Assembly (NCBI GenBank): GCA_965248445.1 | Contig: CBDFJG010000004.1 | Coordinates: 1 to 64,000, forward strand | Direction of reading: 5' to 3' | Origin: Planctomycetota bacterium | GTDB taxonomy: Bacteria; Planctomycetota; JAJSAM01; JAJVHW01 | DNA length: 64,000 nucleotides | Shown here: positions 9,540 through 18,736 of the stretch, in pieces | Position numbering within the stretch: the first letter of the stretch is position 1 | Layout: every line of letters begins with the position of its first letter | Made by a program: the position numbers and the translations under genes | Notes under the pieces: model-generated | Seen by the model: only the letters and a program-made list of their open reading frames with translations | Told to the model about the DNA's origin: nothing | Database searches by the model: none

Positions 9540-9574
9540 GCCGCTGCTCGCGGCTGAGCGGCAATACGTTGGGA
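9540..9574 (+). other. Right half of an attC-like site (core GTTGGGA)
   Basis: GCCGCTGCTCGCGGCTGAGCGGCAATACGTTGGGA, complementary to 10059-10092. Confidence 0.6.
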
Positions 9575-9593
9575 GGCCTGGCGGACGCTCAGA

Positions 9594-10064
9594 ATGGCCG
9601 GTGTTTTCGAACTCAAGACCGCGCGCGACCTGTTCGAGAAGCTCAAGCTGGATCACGCCGCGCTTGAAGCGTCGCCACTCGACTCCTGCCGCGCATTCAA
9701 CTTCGTAGTCACCGCGTGGCACCTGCGCGAGTGGAGGTTTCGCGCGCCCGAGGATCGAGCTGAGGTGTGTCGTCGCCATCCCATTCTCCGGGTCTGCGAA
9801 CATCTCGCGGTTGGCGCCAAGCACTTCGAGCCGTCATCCTCGCGCCACGACTCCGTTGCGGATAGCGGACGGGGCGGTGCCTGGGCTTCGGGAGTCTGGG
9901 CCCCGGGGGTTTGGGCAGAGGGCGTCTGGGCGGAGTGGCTGAGCATCGAGCTTGACGGCGATGCCAGGGATCGCTTCGGTGACTCACTGAACGTTCTCAA
10001 GTTCGCTGCCTTGGTCATGGATGCCTGGAACGCGGAGTTCGGCTCGCAACAGTCGGCCTCCTGA
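9594..10064 (+). CDS. Cassette-borne hypothetical protein, possibly HEPN-like
   Basis: DLFEKL...AFNFVVTAWHLREW...CEHLAVGAKH; GxWAx pentapeptide repeats; flanked by attC halves. Confidence 0.7.
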   Translation: MAGVFELKTARDLFEKLKLDHAALEASPLDSCRAFNFVVTAWHLREWRFRAPEDRAEVCRRHPILRVCEHLAVGAKHFEPSSSRHDSVADSGRGGAWASGVWAPGVWAEGVWAEWLSIELDGDARDRFGDSLNVLKFAALVMDAWNAEFGSQQSAS

Positions 10065-10092
10065 CAAGCCGCTGCAGCCGACGAGCGGCGGC
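10059..10092 (+). other. Left half of an attC-like site (inverse core TCCTGAC contains the stop codon)
   Basis: TCCTGACAAGCCGCTGCAGCCGACGAGCGGCGGC. Confidence 0.6.
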
Positions 10093-10352
10093 AACCCGTC
10101 ACGCGACCACGGCACACGCTCGCGACGGCTCGCACCCGAGCCCCTGTCGCCACCCTGCCGTAGCCTCCTCCCGCTCGGCCGCGAACCCCTACGCGGCACG
10201 GATGGAAGACCTCGACGACGTGAAGCACAAGATGGCCCCCCTCTCGGGCCGCGATCCAGACCTCCCACGGCAGGGCGCTGCCGTGGTCGAAGGACGGTGC
10301 GTCGATACGAGGACCGTGCCCGACCGCGACCGAATTCCGCGCGCTCGAGGTC

Positions 10353-11510
10353 GTGGTTGTGCCCGTTCGTTTCTCTCCTCCCGTCTTCTTCCTCCAGGTC
10401 TCCAATGAACTTCTCAGGACGTACTTCGCTCGCCGCGGTGAGCTGACCGACTTCCCCTGGCGCCGCTTCACGCTTGGCAACTGCGATCCCGCCTTCGAGG
10501 CGTGGTGCGCCCTTCCCGAAGGGTCTCGGGAAGAGAGCGAGAGCGAGCTGCGCGCCGTCGCCGAGCTCGGTACCCGTGAGGGGCTGGCGCTGCTGGTCGA
10601 GCAGGCCCGGCTGCGCGGGATCGACATCACGCGGGACATCGACCGGCTGAGCGGATTGTGGCACCGCGCCTTCTGGGTGTTCGTGGTGCACCCCGACGTC
10701 TTCGACGCTGCGCGCCAGCTCCACCACGTGGACCACCTGCACGGTCGGTACTGGCGCACACGGGGCGGTCTCGTCACGCGGTTGCCGGACGAGTCGTCGG
10801 CGACGCGATCCGCGCTCGGCGAGGCGCTCTCGGCCTACTTCCGGGAACGCCAGGGCGGCGGCGAGTACTGCAACGTGCACTGCTACCACCGCGCCGGAAA
10901 GCACTGGTTCCTGGCCTACCCGCAGGACGTGCCCGAGTCCGTTCTCGGCTACGAGGAGGGGGCCCTGCGCTCACGCAGTCAGCGCCCGGTCTTCGAGGTG
11001 GTCTACGCCTTCGATCCCGCGGCCGGCACGCTCGATCTCCATGCGCGCGGGGACCGGCGCATGCACGAGGACCTGCAGAAGATCTACTCGCGCGTCGTGC
11101 TCGGAGCGGACCTGCCGCCCGAGACGCTCCCGCCCAGCCCGTACCGGATTGACCGGCTCAAGAGACGCGGCTTCCCGTTCCCCGTCGACCCTGCGGACCA
11201 GATCCAGGAGGTCCGCGTGAAGGCGCTCCGGCTGCGGATACTCGGCGGCGGACGACTCACCTTCGACGCCGGGCCGATCCGCCAGCGCACCGACGTCTAC
11301 GACCTGATGGAGCGCACGCTCGACGGCGAGCGTCTGCCGCTGTCGAACGTCGACGTCGATGTCGCCACGCTGCAACTGGTCTTCGCCTGGGCGAAGGGCC
11401 CGCGCACGCTCACGTTCAACCTCCGGGCCGACTCCTGCAACCTGCGCGACGCACCCGAGCACCTGGTCGCCAGGCGCTGTCTTCGGCGCTGGGAGTTCGC
11501 CTGTGCGTGA
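10353..11510 (+). CDS. Hypothetical protein of the element
   Basis: 385-aa ORF with globular composition, overlaps next gene. Confidence 0.8.
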   Translation: MVVPVRFSPPVFFLQVSNELLRTYFARRGELTDFPWRRFTLGNCDPAFEAWCALPEGSREESESELRAVAELGTREGLALLVEQARLRGIDITRDIDRLSGLWHRAFWVFVVHPDVFDAARQLHHVDHLHGRYWRTRGGLVTRLPDESSATRSALGEALSAYFRERQGGGEYCNVHCYHRAGKHWFLAYPQDVPESVLGYEEGALRSRSQRPVFEVVYAFDPAAGTLDLHARGDRRMHEDLQKIYSRVVLGADLPPETLPPSPYRIDRLKRRGFPFPVDPADQIQEVRVKALRLRILGGGRLTFDAGPIRQRTDVYDLMERTLDGERLPLSNVDVDVATLQLVFAWAKGPRTLTFNLRADSCNLRDAPEHLVARRCLRRWEFACA

Positions 11511-12528
11511 GGCGTTCGGCGAGATCGAGCGGCGGGCGGACATCGCGCATCCGCGACTCTCGTTCGCGGAGAGTCAGCGGATCGAGGGGAGCAGGTGGTC
11601 TCGCCTGGTCGATGCCGGACTGCTGCGGCGTACCGAGAACGCGAGCTGGGTCGAGTGCGCGTCCTGCGGCGAGGAGGAGGACGTGGTGTGGGCCCGGGGG
11701 ACGGCCGAGGCGCCGGCGCTGCCCTACACGCACTGCAGCGAATTCGGCGTGCTGCCGGTCGAGCCCGAACGGATCGCCCAGTGGGAGGTCGATCTGCTGC
11801 GCGTGGCCGAGTGGCTTGCCGAGGGCCTCGGATCGGGGGCGCGCGTCGAGGAACTCGTCACGGGGCGGCTGTGGCTTCTCGGCCGCGTTCGTGTGGGCCG
11901 TCAGCCGCACGAGGTGCTTCTCGCCAGGCGGCTCGCGTGGCCCGATGGCCGCGACGCCGTGCGGAACTGCGCGCGGATTGCTGCCGCGATCAGCCCGGTT
12001 GTCCTGGTCGCCGGCATCCTCCCGAGGGAGTCGGAGTGGGGAGATCCCGCGCCCCGGTTCCTGGCTCTGTCCAGCGTGCTGAGTGGTGAGGGCGGACCCG
12101 GCGCCCTCGACCTCGAGGTTCTGGCGGCCGCTCTCGGAGAGAGCTCGCGCAGTCGCCGCACAGAGCCGCCCGCGCGGTTTCCGACGCCGGCGGGCGCAAC
12201 CTGGCGTGACGTCGAGATCTGCTTCCTCGATACCCAGACGGTGGCGGTCCGCGTCGGCACCGAGCACGGCCGCTACACGTACGCGCAGATGGGCATGGCC
12301 GATGGGCGCACCGCGGCGCCGACGGAGCAGTGGAAGCTGCTGCACCTCCTGGCCGAGTCCCACGGCTGGCTCGACTGGGGCAACCGTGGCGCGTCGCGGC
12401 GGCTCAAGAAGCGCTGCGAGCGACTTGTCGCCGACCTACGCGGAGTCTTCGGGATCGAGGACGGCGCGCCCGTCGAGTACTGCCCCGCCGACAAGGGCTG
12501 GCGCACCGTGCTCGTCCTCTGCACGTAG
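11503..12528 (+). CDS. Hypothetical protein with CxxC and possible C-terminal DNA-binding domain
   Basis: GTG start overlapping upstream stop; CASC..HC; FPTPAGATWRDV; upstream of palindromic operators. Confidence 0.75.
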   Translation: MREAFGEIERRADIAHPRLSFAESQRIEGSRWSRLVDAGLLRRTENASWVECASCGEEEDVVWARGTAEAPALPYTHCSEFGVLPVEPERIAQWEVDLLRVAEWLAEGLGSGARVEELVTGRLWLLGRVRVGRQPHEVLLARRLAWPDGRDAVRNCARIAAAISPVVLVAGILPRESEWGDPAPRFLALSSVLSGEGGPGALDLEVLAAALGESSRSRRTEPPARFPTPAGATWRDVEICFLDTQTVAVRVGTEHGRYTYAQMGMADGRTAAPTEQWKLLHLLAESHGWLDWGNRGASRRLKKRCERLVADLRGVFGIEDGAPVEYCPADKGWRTVLVLCT

Positions 12529-12536
12529 CCCTCAGC

Positions 12537-12668
12537 GCGACATGTCGCTGGCGGGATCTCGGAATCCCCGAAATCCTTCGATGCTCCCAACTGCCTCGCA
12601 GAGCGCCAGTTAGGCCAAACGTCTGACCTCGACAAGCCCCGAATCCGCCGTTCCCAGCGACATGTCGC
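12537..12668. promoter_or_regulatory. Two perfect GCGACATGTCGC palindromes 120 bp apart upstream of the sigma gene
   Basis: 12537-12548 and 12657-12668. Confidence 0.7.
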
Positions 12669-12680
12669 CAGGGACTGGCG

Positions 12681-13310
12681 ATGGCACACACGACTACCGC
12701 CCAGCAGGGCATCGACCCGCGCACCTTCCGACTCGTCCGCACGAAGGCGCGCCAGCTCAGCCGGCGACGGGAATTCTCCGTCGCTGACCGCGAGGACATC
12801 GAGCAGGACCTCCTCCTCGATCTGCTCACTCGCCTCCCTCGCTTCGACGCAGCTCGGTGCCAGCGCAGCACCTTCGTCCACCGGGTCGTCAACAACCGGG
12901 TCGCGCGGATGGTGGAGACGCGCGCCGCGAAGAAGCGAGGCGCCAGTCTCACGTTCGCCTCCCTCGGAGACGAGGCCAACGACGACGCCGGGCAGCCCGA
13001 GCCACGCTGGGCCACGATCGACCAGCGGCTCTCCCGCCGCGACGCCCCCAGCGTCACGGAGGCAGACTCCCGGCGCGACCTGCAGATCGACACGGCCGCC
13101 GCGATCCGGGAACTCCCCGACGACCTGCGGGAGTTGGCTGAGTCCCTCTGCCTGCGCACACCCAGCGAGGCCGCCCGCGAGAGCGGCGTTCCCCGCCGGA
13201 CGGTGAGAGATCGGATGACGCGCATTCGCGCACGCTTCGAGCGCCTGGGTCTGCGGATCTACGTCCCGCCCACCGCCACTTCGCCCACGAACTCGGTAGG
13301 ACACCAGTAG
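12681..13310 (+). CDS. ECF-like sigma-70 family factor
   Basis: Region 2 DREDIEQDL...FD...STFVHRVVNN; region 4 LPDDLRE...SEAARESGVPRRTVRDRM. Confidence 0.85.
   Translation: MAHTTTAQQGIDPRTFRLVRTKARQLSRRREFSVADREDIEQDLLLDLLTRLPRFDAARCQRSTFVHRVVNNRVARMVETRAAKKRGASLTFASLGDEANDDAGQPEPRWATIDQRLSRRDAPSVTEADSRRDLQIDTAAAIRELPDDLRELAESLCLRTPSEAARESGVPRRTVRDRMTRIRARFERLGLRIYVPPTATSPTNSVGHQ
13261..13309 (+). promoter_or_regulatory. 49-bp motif, copy B (putative promoter of replication operon)
   Basis: ACGTCCCGCCCACCGCCACTTCGCC-N6-CTCGGTAGGACACCAGTA. Confidence 0.65.
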
Positions 13311-13318
13311 GGGCCCAC

Positions 13319-13666
13319 GTGAACGCGCCCTCGGAGAAACGCATGTCCCGCACGCTCTACCGCTACTCATTCCGGCCGACGGTCGATCTCGCCGAGGTCG
13401 AAGACTCGCTGCTCCTCGCCGTCTACGCGGCCGAAGGTGTCCACGGCCAGGCGCAGGTCCGCATGGACGGCGCCTTCCTCTTGGAGGAACGGCAGCGCGC
13501 CTGCGTAGTCGACGCCACCACTCCGGTCGGGGAGACGATCGCCCGCGTCTTCACGCGGTTCTTGGCGCGCGAGTTCGGCGAGGACGCATTCACCGTCGAG
13601 CGAGTCGCCTCGGACGAGCGTGTCGGCCAGCCCGAGATGCCCGTGCACGCGAGGAACGGCCGATGA
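13319..13666 (+). CDS. Phage hypothetical protein
   Basis: YRYSF...EDSLLLAVYAAEGVHGQAQVRMD...EFGEDAFTVERV; ATGA overlap with next gene. Confidence 0.75.
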   Translation: MNAPSEKRMSRTLYRYSFRPTVDLAEVEDSLLLAVYAAEGVHGQAQVRMDGAFLLEERQRACVVDATTPVGETIARVFTRFLAREFGEDAFTVERVASDERVGQPEMPVHARNGR

Positions 13667-14685
13667 CCGAGCGCCTCGTCACCACCTACTCCATGTGGTC
13701 GCTCTTCCGCAACTGCCGCAAGGCCGCGCAGTGGCGCTACCTGCTCGAGCTCGTCCCGCTCGAGCGCAACCGCAACCTCCGGTTCGGCTCGCTCATCCAC
13801 GAGTGCCTGGAGATCTGGCACGGGACGCGCGATCTCGCGGCGGCCCTCGACTACGTCGACCGCGCATGTGCGGACCGAGCGCGCGATGAGGACCAGCACC
13901 GCACGTGGCACCTCGCGACTGCCATGATGCGCGGCTACGCGGCCCGTTACCCGACCGAGGACTTCGAGGTCGTCGCGCTGGAGAAGACGTTCACGGGCCG
14001 GATCGTGAACCCCGCAACGGGCGCCGCGAGCCGGAGCTTCGTTCTGTCTGGGAAGGTCGACGGGATCGTCCGCGTCGGCGACGAGCACTTCTTGCTCGAG
14101 CACAAGACGGCGAGCGTGCTGGACGCCAGCTACCTCGAGCGCCTCTGGACCGACTTCCAGATCACGATCTACGCGTACTACGTCGAGCAGGCCCTCGGGA
14201 TCCGCATCTCCGGGGTCCTCTACAACGTGCTCGTCAAGACGCGGCTGAAGCAGCGTGCCGGGGAGACCGAGGTCGAGTACGAAGAGCGCCGCGCCGCGCT
14301 GATCGCCAAGTCGAAGACCGGGAAGAGCAGCGCGAAGCGCCGCATGCCCGAGAGCGACGAGGCCTTCCAGGCGCGGCTGCTGGCGAAGTACGACGAGCCG
14401 GGGATGTTCCACCGCGAGCCGATCTACATCTCGCGCGACCGCTTCGACACGCTCCGCGCCGAGCTCTGGGAACTGACCCAGGCGTTCCTCGACGCGCGGC
14501 GGCGCAACGTCTTCTACGAGAACACCTCGTACTGCTTCCGCTGGGGGCGCCCGTGCGCGTACTTCGCGCTCTGCAGCTCGGGCGGGAGCAGCAACGTCAT
14601 CGACAACCTCTACCAGCGCGTGGCTCCGCACGAGGAACTGCGCGACGCGGACTCCCCCGAGACCGCCGAGGCCGCGCCCTTCTGA
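13663..14685 (+). CDS. PD-(D/E)XK exonuclease (RecB/Cas4-like)
   Basis: FGSLIHECLE, GKVDG, LLEHKT, QITIY, terminal C..C...C. Confidence 0.88.
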   Translation: MTERLVTTYSMWSLFRNCRKAAQWRYLLELVPLERNRNLRFGSLIHECLEIWHGTRDLAAALDYVDRACADRARDEDQHRTWHLATAMMRGYAARYPTEDFEVVALEKTFTGRIVNPATGAASRSFVLSGKVDGIVRVGDEHFLLEHKTASVLDASYLERLWTDFQITIYAYYVEQALGIRISGVLYNVLVKTRLKQRAGETEVEYEERRAALIAKSKTGKSSAKRRMPESDEAFQARLLAKYDEPGMFHREPIYISRDRFDTLRAELWELTQAFLDARRRNVFYENTSYCFRWGRPCAYFALCSSGGSSNVIDNLYQRVAPHEELRDADSPETAEAAPF

Positions 14686-14819
14686 TGTGCGAGCACGCGG
14701 TCACTGTCCTCGCCGGCCCCGCCGTGCGCCTGTGCACGAAGTGCGGCGCCGTGCTCGAACGGCTGCCCGAGCCGTCGGGGTGCGAGGGCGACGCCTGCCA
14801 ATCCCAAGAAACGAACTGA
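14685..14819 (+). CDS. Small Zn-ribbon-like protein
   Basis: MCEH...CTKCG; TGATG overlap with upstream gene. Confidence 0.45.
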   Translation: MCEHAVTVLAGPAVRLCTKCGAVLERLPEPSGCEGDACQSQETN

Positions 14820-14846
14820 ATTGAAATGACCCATGAAGGAGAACCC

Positions 14847-15563
14847 ATGCTGCCGACCACGAAGACGCCCCCGCGAGATGCGCTGACCGACCTCACCGTG
14901 CTGGTGTACGGCCCGACCAAGATCGGGAAGTCCAGCTGGTGCAGCCAGCCCGGCGACGCGCTGTTCCTCGCCACCGAGGCGGGCCTCAACAACCTGGAGG
15001 TGTTCCAGTCCCCGGTCGGGACCTGGGAAGAGCTCCTCGCCGCGTGTGCGGAGATCGGCCGTGGCGAGCACGCCTTCAAGACGATCGTGCTCGACACGGT
15101 GGACAACGCGTACCGCATGTGCGCGGACTACATCTGCGCGAAGTTCAAGGTCGACCACCAGAGCGACCTCGCCTACGGCAAAGGCTACGCGCTGGTGAAC
15201 AACGAGTTCCACCGCGTGCTGAACAAGCTCGCGCTGCTCCCCTACGGGCTCTTCCTCGTGTCGCACTTGGTCGAGCGCGAGTTCGAGACGCGCACCGGCA
15301 AGGTGATGCGCATCGTCCCGACGCTGCCCGACAAGGCGCGGCGGATCGTGCTCGGCATGGTCGACATGATCCTGTTCTGCGACCTGGAGACGAGCGTCGC
15401 CAAGGACGGCAAGACCGTCGTCCGCCGCGTCATGCGCACGAAGCCCTCCGCGCAGTACGAGGCCGGCGACCGCACCGGCCGCCTCCCCGAGGTGATCGAC
15501 CTCGACTACGACAAGTTCCTCGCCGCGTTCACGGCGGGGCGTCCCAGCAAGGCCAAGAAGTAA
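14847..15563 (+). CDS. AAA_24 ATPase (Sak4-like recombination protein)
   Basis: YGPTKIGKSS, TIVLDTVD, YGKGY, LVSH, AGDRTGRLP; AAGGAG RBS. Confidence 0.88.
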   Translation: MLPTTKTPPRDALTDLTVLVYGPTKIGKSSWCSQPGDALFLATEAGLNNLEVFQSPVGTWEELLAACAEIGRGEHAFKTIVLDTVDNAYRMCADYICAKFKVDHQSDLAYGKGYALVNNEFHRVLNKLALLPYGLFLVSHLVEREFETRTGKVMRIVPTLPDKARRIVLGMVDMILFCDLETSVAKDGKTVVRRVMRTKPSAQYEAGDRTGRLPEVIDLDYDKFLAAFTAGRPSKAKK

Positions 15564-15579
15564 CCCCACAGGAGATCCC

Positions 15580-16077
15580 ATGCACAACCCCAACAACGGC
15601 CGGTCTGCTCGCGACCCGAGCATCGACCTGACCCAGTTCGACGACGACTTCGAGCAGGCACCCATCGAGGAGCGCAGCTTCGACGAGGTGCCCGACGGCA
15701 AGTACCAGGTCAACGTGGACAAGGTCGAGATCGTGCGCGCCAAGAGCTCGGGCAACCCGATGCTGAGCTGGGTGCTGCGAATCATCGCGCCCCGGTTCCA
15801 GGGCCGCCTGCTCTTCCGCCACAACGTGCTCGCGACGCGCGAGAACATGAAGTGGCTGAAGAACGACCTCCACGTCTGCGGCCTCGACCTCGCGAAGGTC
15901 TCGGAACTGCAGGATCGCCTGGGCGAGCTCCTCGACGTCAAGCTCGAGGTCACCAAGCGCACGCGCGGCGAGCACACCAACGTCTACCTCAACCGCCGCA
16001 TCGCCGTGGACGACCCCGGACCGGTCGGCGACTCGGGCTACGACGCCGCGGCCTCCGACGCGCTGACCCCCTTCTAG
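15580..16077 (+). CDS. DUF669 protein (putative ssDNA-binding)
   Basis: VPDGKYQVNVDKVE...SSGNPML...; acidic C-terminus ending PF. Confidence 0.85.
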   Translation: MHNPNNGRSARDPSIDLTQFDDDFEQAPIEERSFDEVPDGKYQVNVDKVEIVRAKSSGNPMLSWVLRIIAPRFQGRLLFRHNVLATRENMKWLKNDLHVCGLDLAKVSELQDRLGELLDVKLEVTKRTRGEHTNVYLNRRIAVDDPGPVGDSGYDAAASDALTPF

Positions 16078-16511
16078 TGCAGGACGTCGTCATCGCGATC
16101 GACACCCGGGAGCAGGAGCCCTATGGCTTCGATGCCTCCCGGGTGACGACGGTGCGCTGCGCACTGTCTGCCGGCGACTACTCGCTTGCGGGTCGCGAGA
16201 CGCAGGTGGCGGTCGAGCGAAAGACGCTCCAGGACTTCGTTTCGACCGTCGTCCATGCCCGGGAACGGTTCGCGCGGGAGCTCCGCCGCCTCGCCAGCTA
16301 CGACCTGGCGTGCGTCGTCGTCGAGGCGTCGATGGAGGACGTGCTCGCGCACCGCTACCGGTCGGGCGCTCACCCTCACGCGCTCTTCGGCGCAACGCTC
16401 TCGATCATCGTGGACCACCGGGTGCCGGTGTTCTTCTGCAGCAATCGGCAGATCGCCTGCCAGTTCGTGCAGGGGATGCTCTGCCTGTACCACCGGCGGC
16501 TCTCGTCATGA
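16077..16511 (+). CDS. ERCC4-domain nuclease
   Basis: IDTREQ, GDYS, VERKT..D motifs. Confidence 0.9.
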   Translation: MQDVVIAIDTREQEPYGFDASRVTTVRCALSAGDYSLAGRETQVAVERKTLQDFVSTVVHARERFARELRRLASYDLACVVVEASMEDVLAHRYRSGAHPHALFGATLSIIVDHRVPVFFCSNRQIACQFVQGMLCLYHRRLSS

Positions 16512-18736
16512 GGGGCGCGGCCACCGCACGGCGCGAGGCGACCACGCTTCGGGGAGTCGTCGAGAGGATCTTCTTCAAGAGCCCCGACTTCTCGGCCGGG
16601 CGGCTGCGCGCAGCGGACGGATCGATCGCGTCCTTCGCTGGCCCCGTGATGGTGCGCGAGCAGGACCGGGTCGTGTTCACCGGCGCGTGGGGCCGGCACA
16701 AGAAGTACGGGCGGCAGTTCAAGGTGACGGGCCTGCTGCACGATCTGCCGCTCGATCCGGAGGGGCTTGCCAACTACCTCGCGAACCACCCGGACGTGTC
16801 CGGGATCGGACCTGCTCGCGCAAAGGCCATCGCGCAGGCGTTCGGCGCGGACTTCGAGGAGGTCCTGCTCTCCGATCCCGAACGCATCGCCCGAGTGGCG
16901 CGCATCCCGCTCGAGGTGATCGACAACCTCGCCGACGTCTGGGAGCGCACGCGCGCTGTGAACGCGGCGATGACCTGGCTCGCGGCCTACGGGCTCACGC
17001 ACCACCAGGTGACAACGCTCGTCGACAAGTACGCCAACAACGTCATCGCGATCCTCAAGGAGGACCCCTACCTGATCGCCGGCGCCATCAGCGGCTTCGG
17101 CTTCAAGCGCATCGATCTCGTGGCGCGCAAGCTCGGGACGCCCAAGGACGCCCCGGGTCGGCTGCGCGCTGGCGTGCTGCACTGCGTCACCCGCAGCGTG
17201 GACGACGGCGACTGCTGGATCGAATTCGAGGACCTCGTCGATCGCGCGAACGCGCTCCTCGTGCTGGACACCCTCGACGCACGCGAACGGATCGAGGCCA
17301 CGCTGAACGAGTTGCTCGATCAGAAGAAACTCGCGTGGTTCCCGCTCGGACAGCGCTTCCTGATCGCCCGGCCCAGCCTCTACGAGATGGAGTGCAAGCT
17401 TGCGAGCGCGCTCTCGGACGGGCGCGCACCGAACCCCCACTTCGAAGGCCCGGGGGACCTGGAATCCGAACTCGCCCACCTGGAGCCCGACCTCAATGGC
17501 GACCAGCGCGCCGCCGTCCTCGCTGCCGCCCACCACAGGCAGTGCGTCATCTCCGGCAGCGCCGGGTCGGGCAAGACCTACACGATCGCCGCCCTCGTCC
17601 GGACGTACGAGCGCAGGGGCTGCAAGGTGCTCCTCGCCGCCCCCACGGGGAAGGCCGCGAAGCGGCTCGAACAGGTCGTCGGCCACCCTGCGGTCACCAT
17701 CCACCGGATGCTGGAGTACAACGGCCGGGACTTCGAGCGCAGCCACCGCAATCCCCTCACTGCCGACGTCGTCATCATCGACGAGGTCTCCATGCTGGAC
17801 GTGCCGCTGGCGTGGCACCTCTACGACGCGCTGCGGTTGTCGCAGACCGCGCTCGTCCTCGTCGGCGACCACAACCAGCTCCCGCCCGTGGGGCCCGGGA
17901 ACCTGCTGCGGGACCTGATCGATCGCCGCCCGCTCCGGACCATCATCCTGCGAGACGTCGTCCGCCAGGCCGGCGCGCTCAAGGAGAGCTCGCTGGCCGT
18001 GCTCGACGGCGAAGTCCGCAAGACGGCGAGGAAGATGCCGTGCGGCCGCCGACCCTGGTACGTGGCCGACCAGTTCAGCGACGCGCTCGCGGCGCAGCGC
18101 TTCATCCTGGAGCTCTTCGAAGACGTGCTCGTCGATCGCCTGGGTTTTGACCTGCTCGCTGACGTGCAACTCCTCACGCCGCAGAAGAAGGGCCCGCTCG
18201 GAGTCCGGGCGCTGAACGTCCTGCTGCAGCGCCTGGTCCAGCGCAAGCTCTGGGACGTCCAGGCGCCCGACGTCCCCGAGAACGGCAAGCCTGCCTTCCT
18301 GCTCAACGATCGCGTCATCCAGACGCGCAACGACTACGACCGGGGCGTCATGAACGGCGCGATCGGGATCGTCACGAAGGTCGGCCCGCAACGAGGCGAC
18401 CTGTGCGTCACGTTCGACAGCGGCGTGGTCCGGTTCACCGCTGAGGGCGGAGAGGCCAAGTACCTCCAGCTCGCCTACGCGCTCACGATCCACAAGGCGC
18501 AGGGGTCGGAGTTCCCGTGCGCCGTTGTGGTGATCCACAAGGCGCACTCGTTCATGCACCACCGCAACCTCTTCTACACCGCGGTCACGCGCGCCCAGGA
18601 GGTCGCGATCGTCGTGGGCGATCGCTGGGGGCAGCGCAACTGCGCGGAGAAGGAGCAGGTCGAGCGCCGCAAGACGTTCCTCTCGGTGCTCGACCTCCCG
18701 GCGCCACTGCCCGGGAACGAGACTCCGGCGGCGTGA
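16508..18736 (+). CDS. recD2: RecD2-like SF1B helicase
   Basis: HhH GIGPARA, GFGFKRID, GSAGSGKT, APTGKAA, DEVSM, GDHNQLPPVG, YALTIHKAQGSE, YTAVTRA. Confidence 0.92.
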   Translation: MRGAATARREATTLRGVVERIFFKSPDFSAGRLRAADGSIASFAGPVMVREQDRVVFTGAWGRHKKYGRQFKVTGLLHDLPLDPEGLANYLANHPDVSGIGPARAKAIAQAFGADFEEVLLSDPERIARVARIPLEVIDNLADVWERTRAVNAAMTWLAAYGLTHHQVTTLVDKYANNVIAILKEDPYLIAGAISGFGFKRIDLVARKLGTPKDAPGRLRAGVLHCVTRSVDDGDCWIEFEDLVDRANALLVLDTLDARERIEATLNELLDQKKLAWFPLGQRFLIARPSLYEMECKLASALSDGRAPNPHFEGPGDLESELAHLEPDLNGDQRAAVLAAAHHRQCVISGSAGSGKTYTIAALVRTYERRGCKVLLAAPTGKAAKRLEQVVGHPAVTIHRMLEYNGRDFERSHRNPLTADVVIIDEVSMLDVPLAWHLYDALRLSQTALVLVGDHNQLPPVGPGNLLRDLIDRRPLRTIILRDVVRQAGALKESSLAVLDGEVRKTARKMPCGRRPWYVADQFSDALAAQRFILELFEDVLVDRLGFDLLADVQLLTPQKKGPLGVRALNVLLQRLVQRKLWDVQAPDVPENGKPAFLLNDRVIQTRNDYDRGVMNGAIGIVTKVGPQRGDLCVTFDSGVVRFTAEGGEAKYLQLAYALTIHKAQGSEFPCAVVVIHKAHSFMHHRNLFYTAVTRAQEVAIVVGDRWGQRNCAEKEQVERRKTFLSVLDLPAPLPGNETPAA

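Noticed and set aside
10202..10408. 68-aa ORF upstream of 10353
   Set aside because: No motif, overlaps the next gene, unconvincing composition
13663..14685. Cas4 / CRISPR system
   Set aside because: No repeat-spacer array or other cas genes seen; context is a phage recombination module
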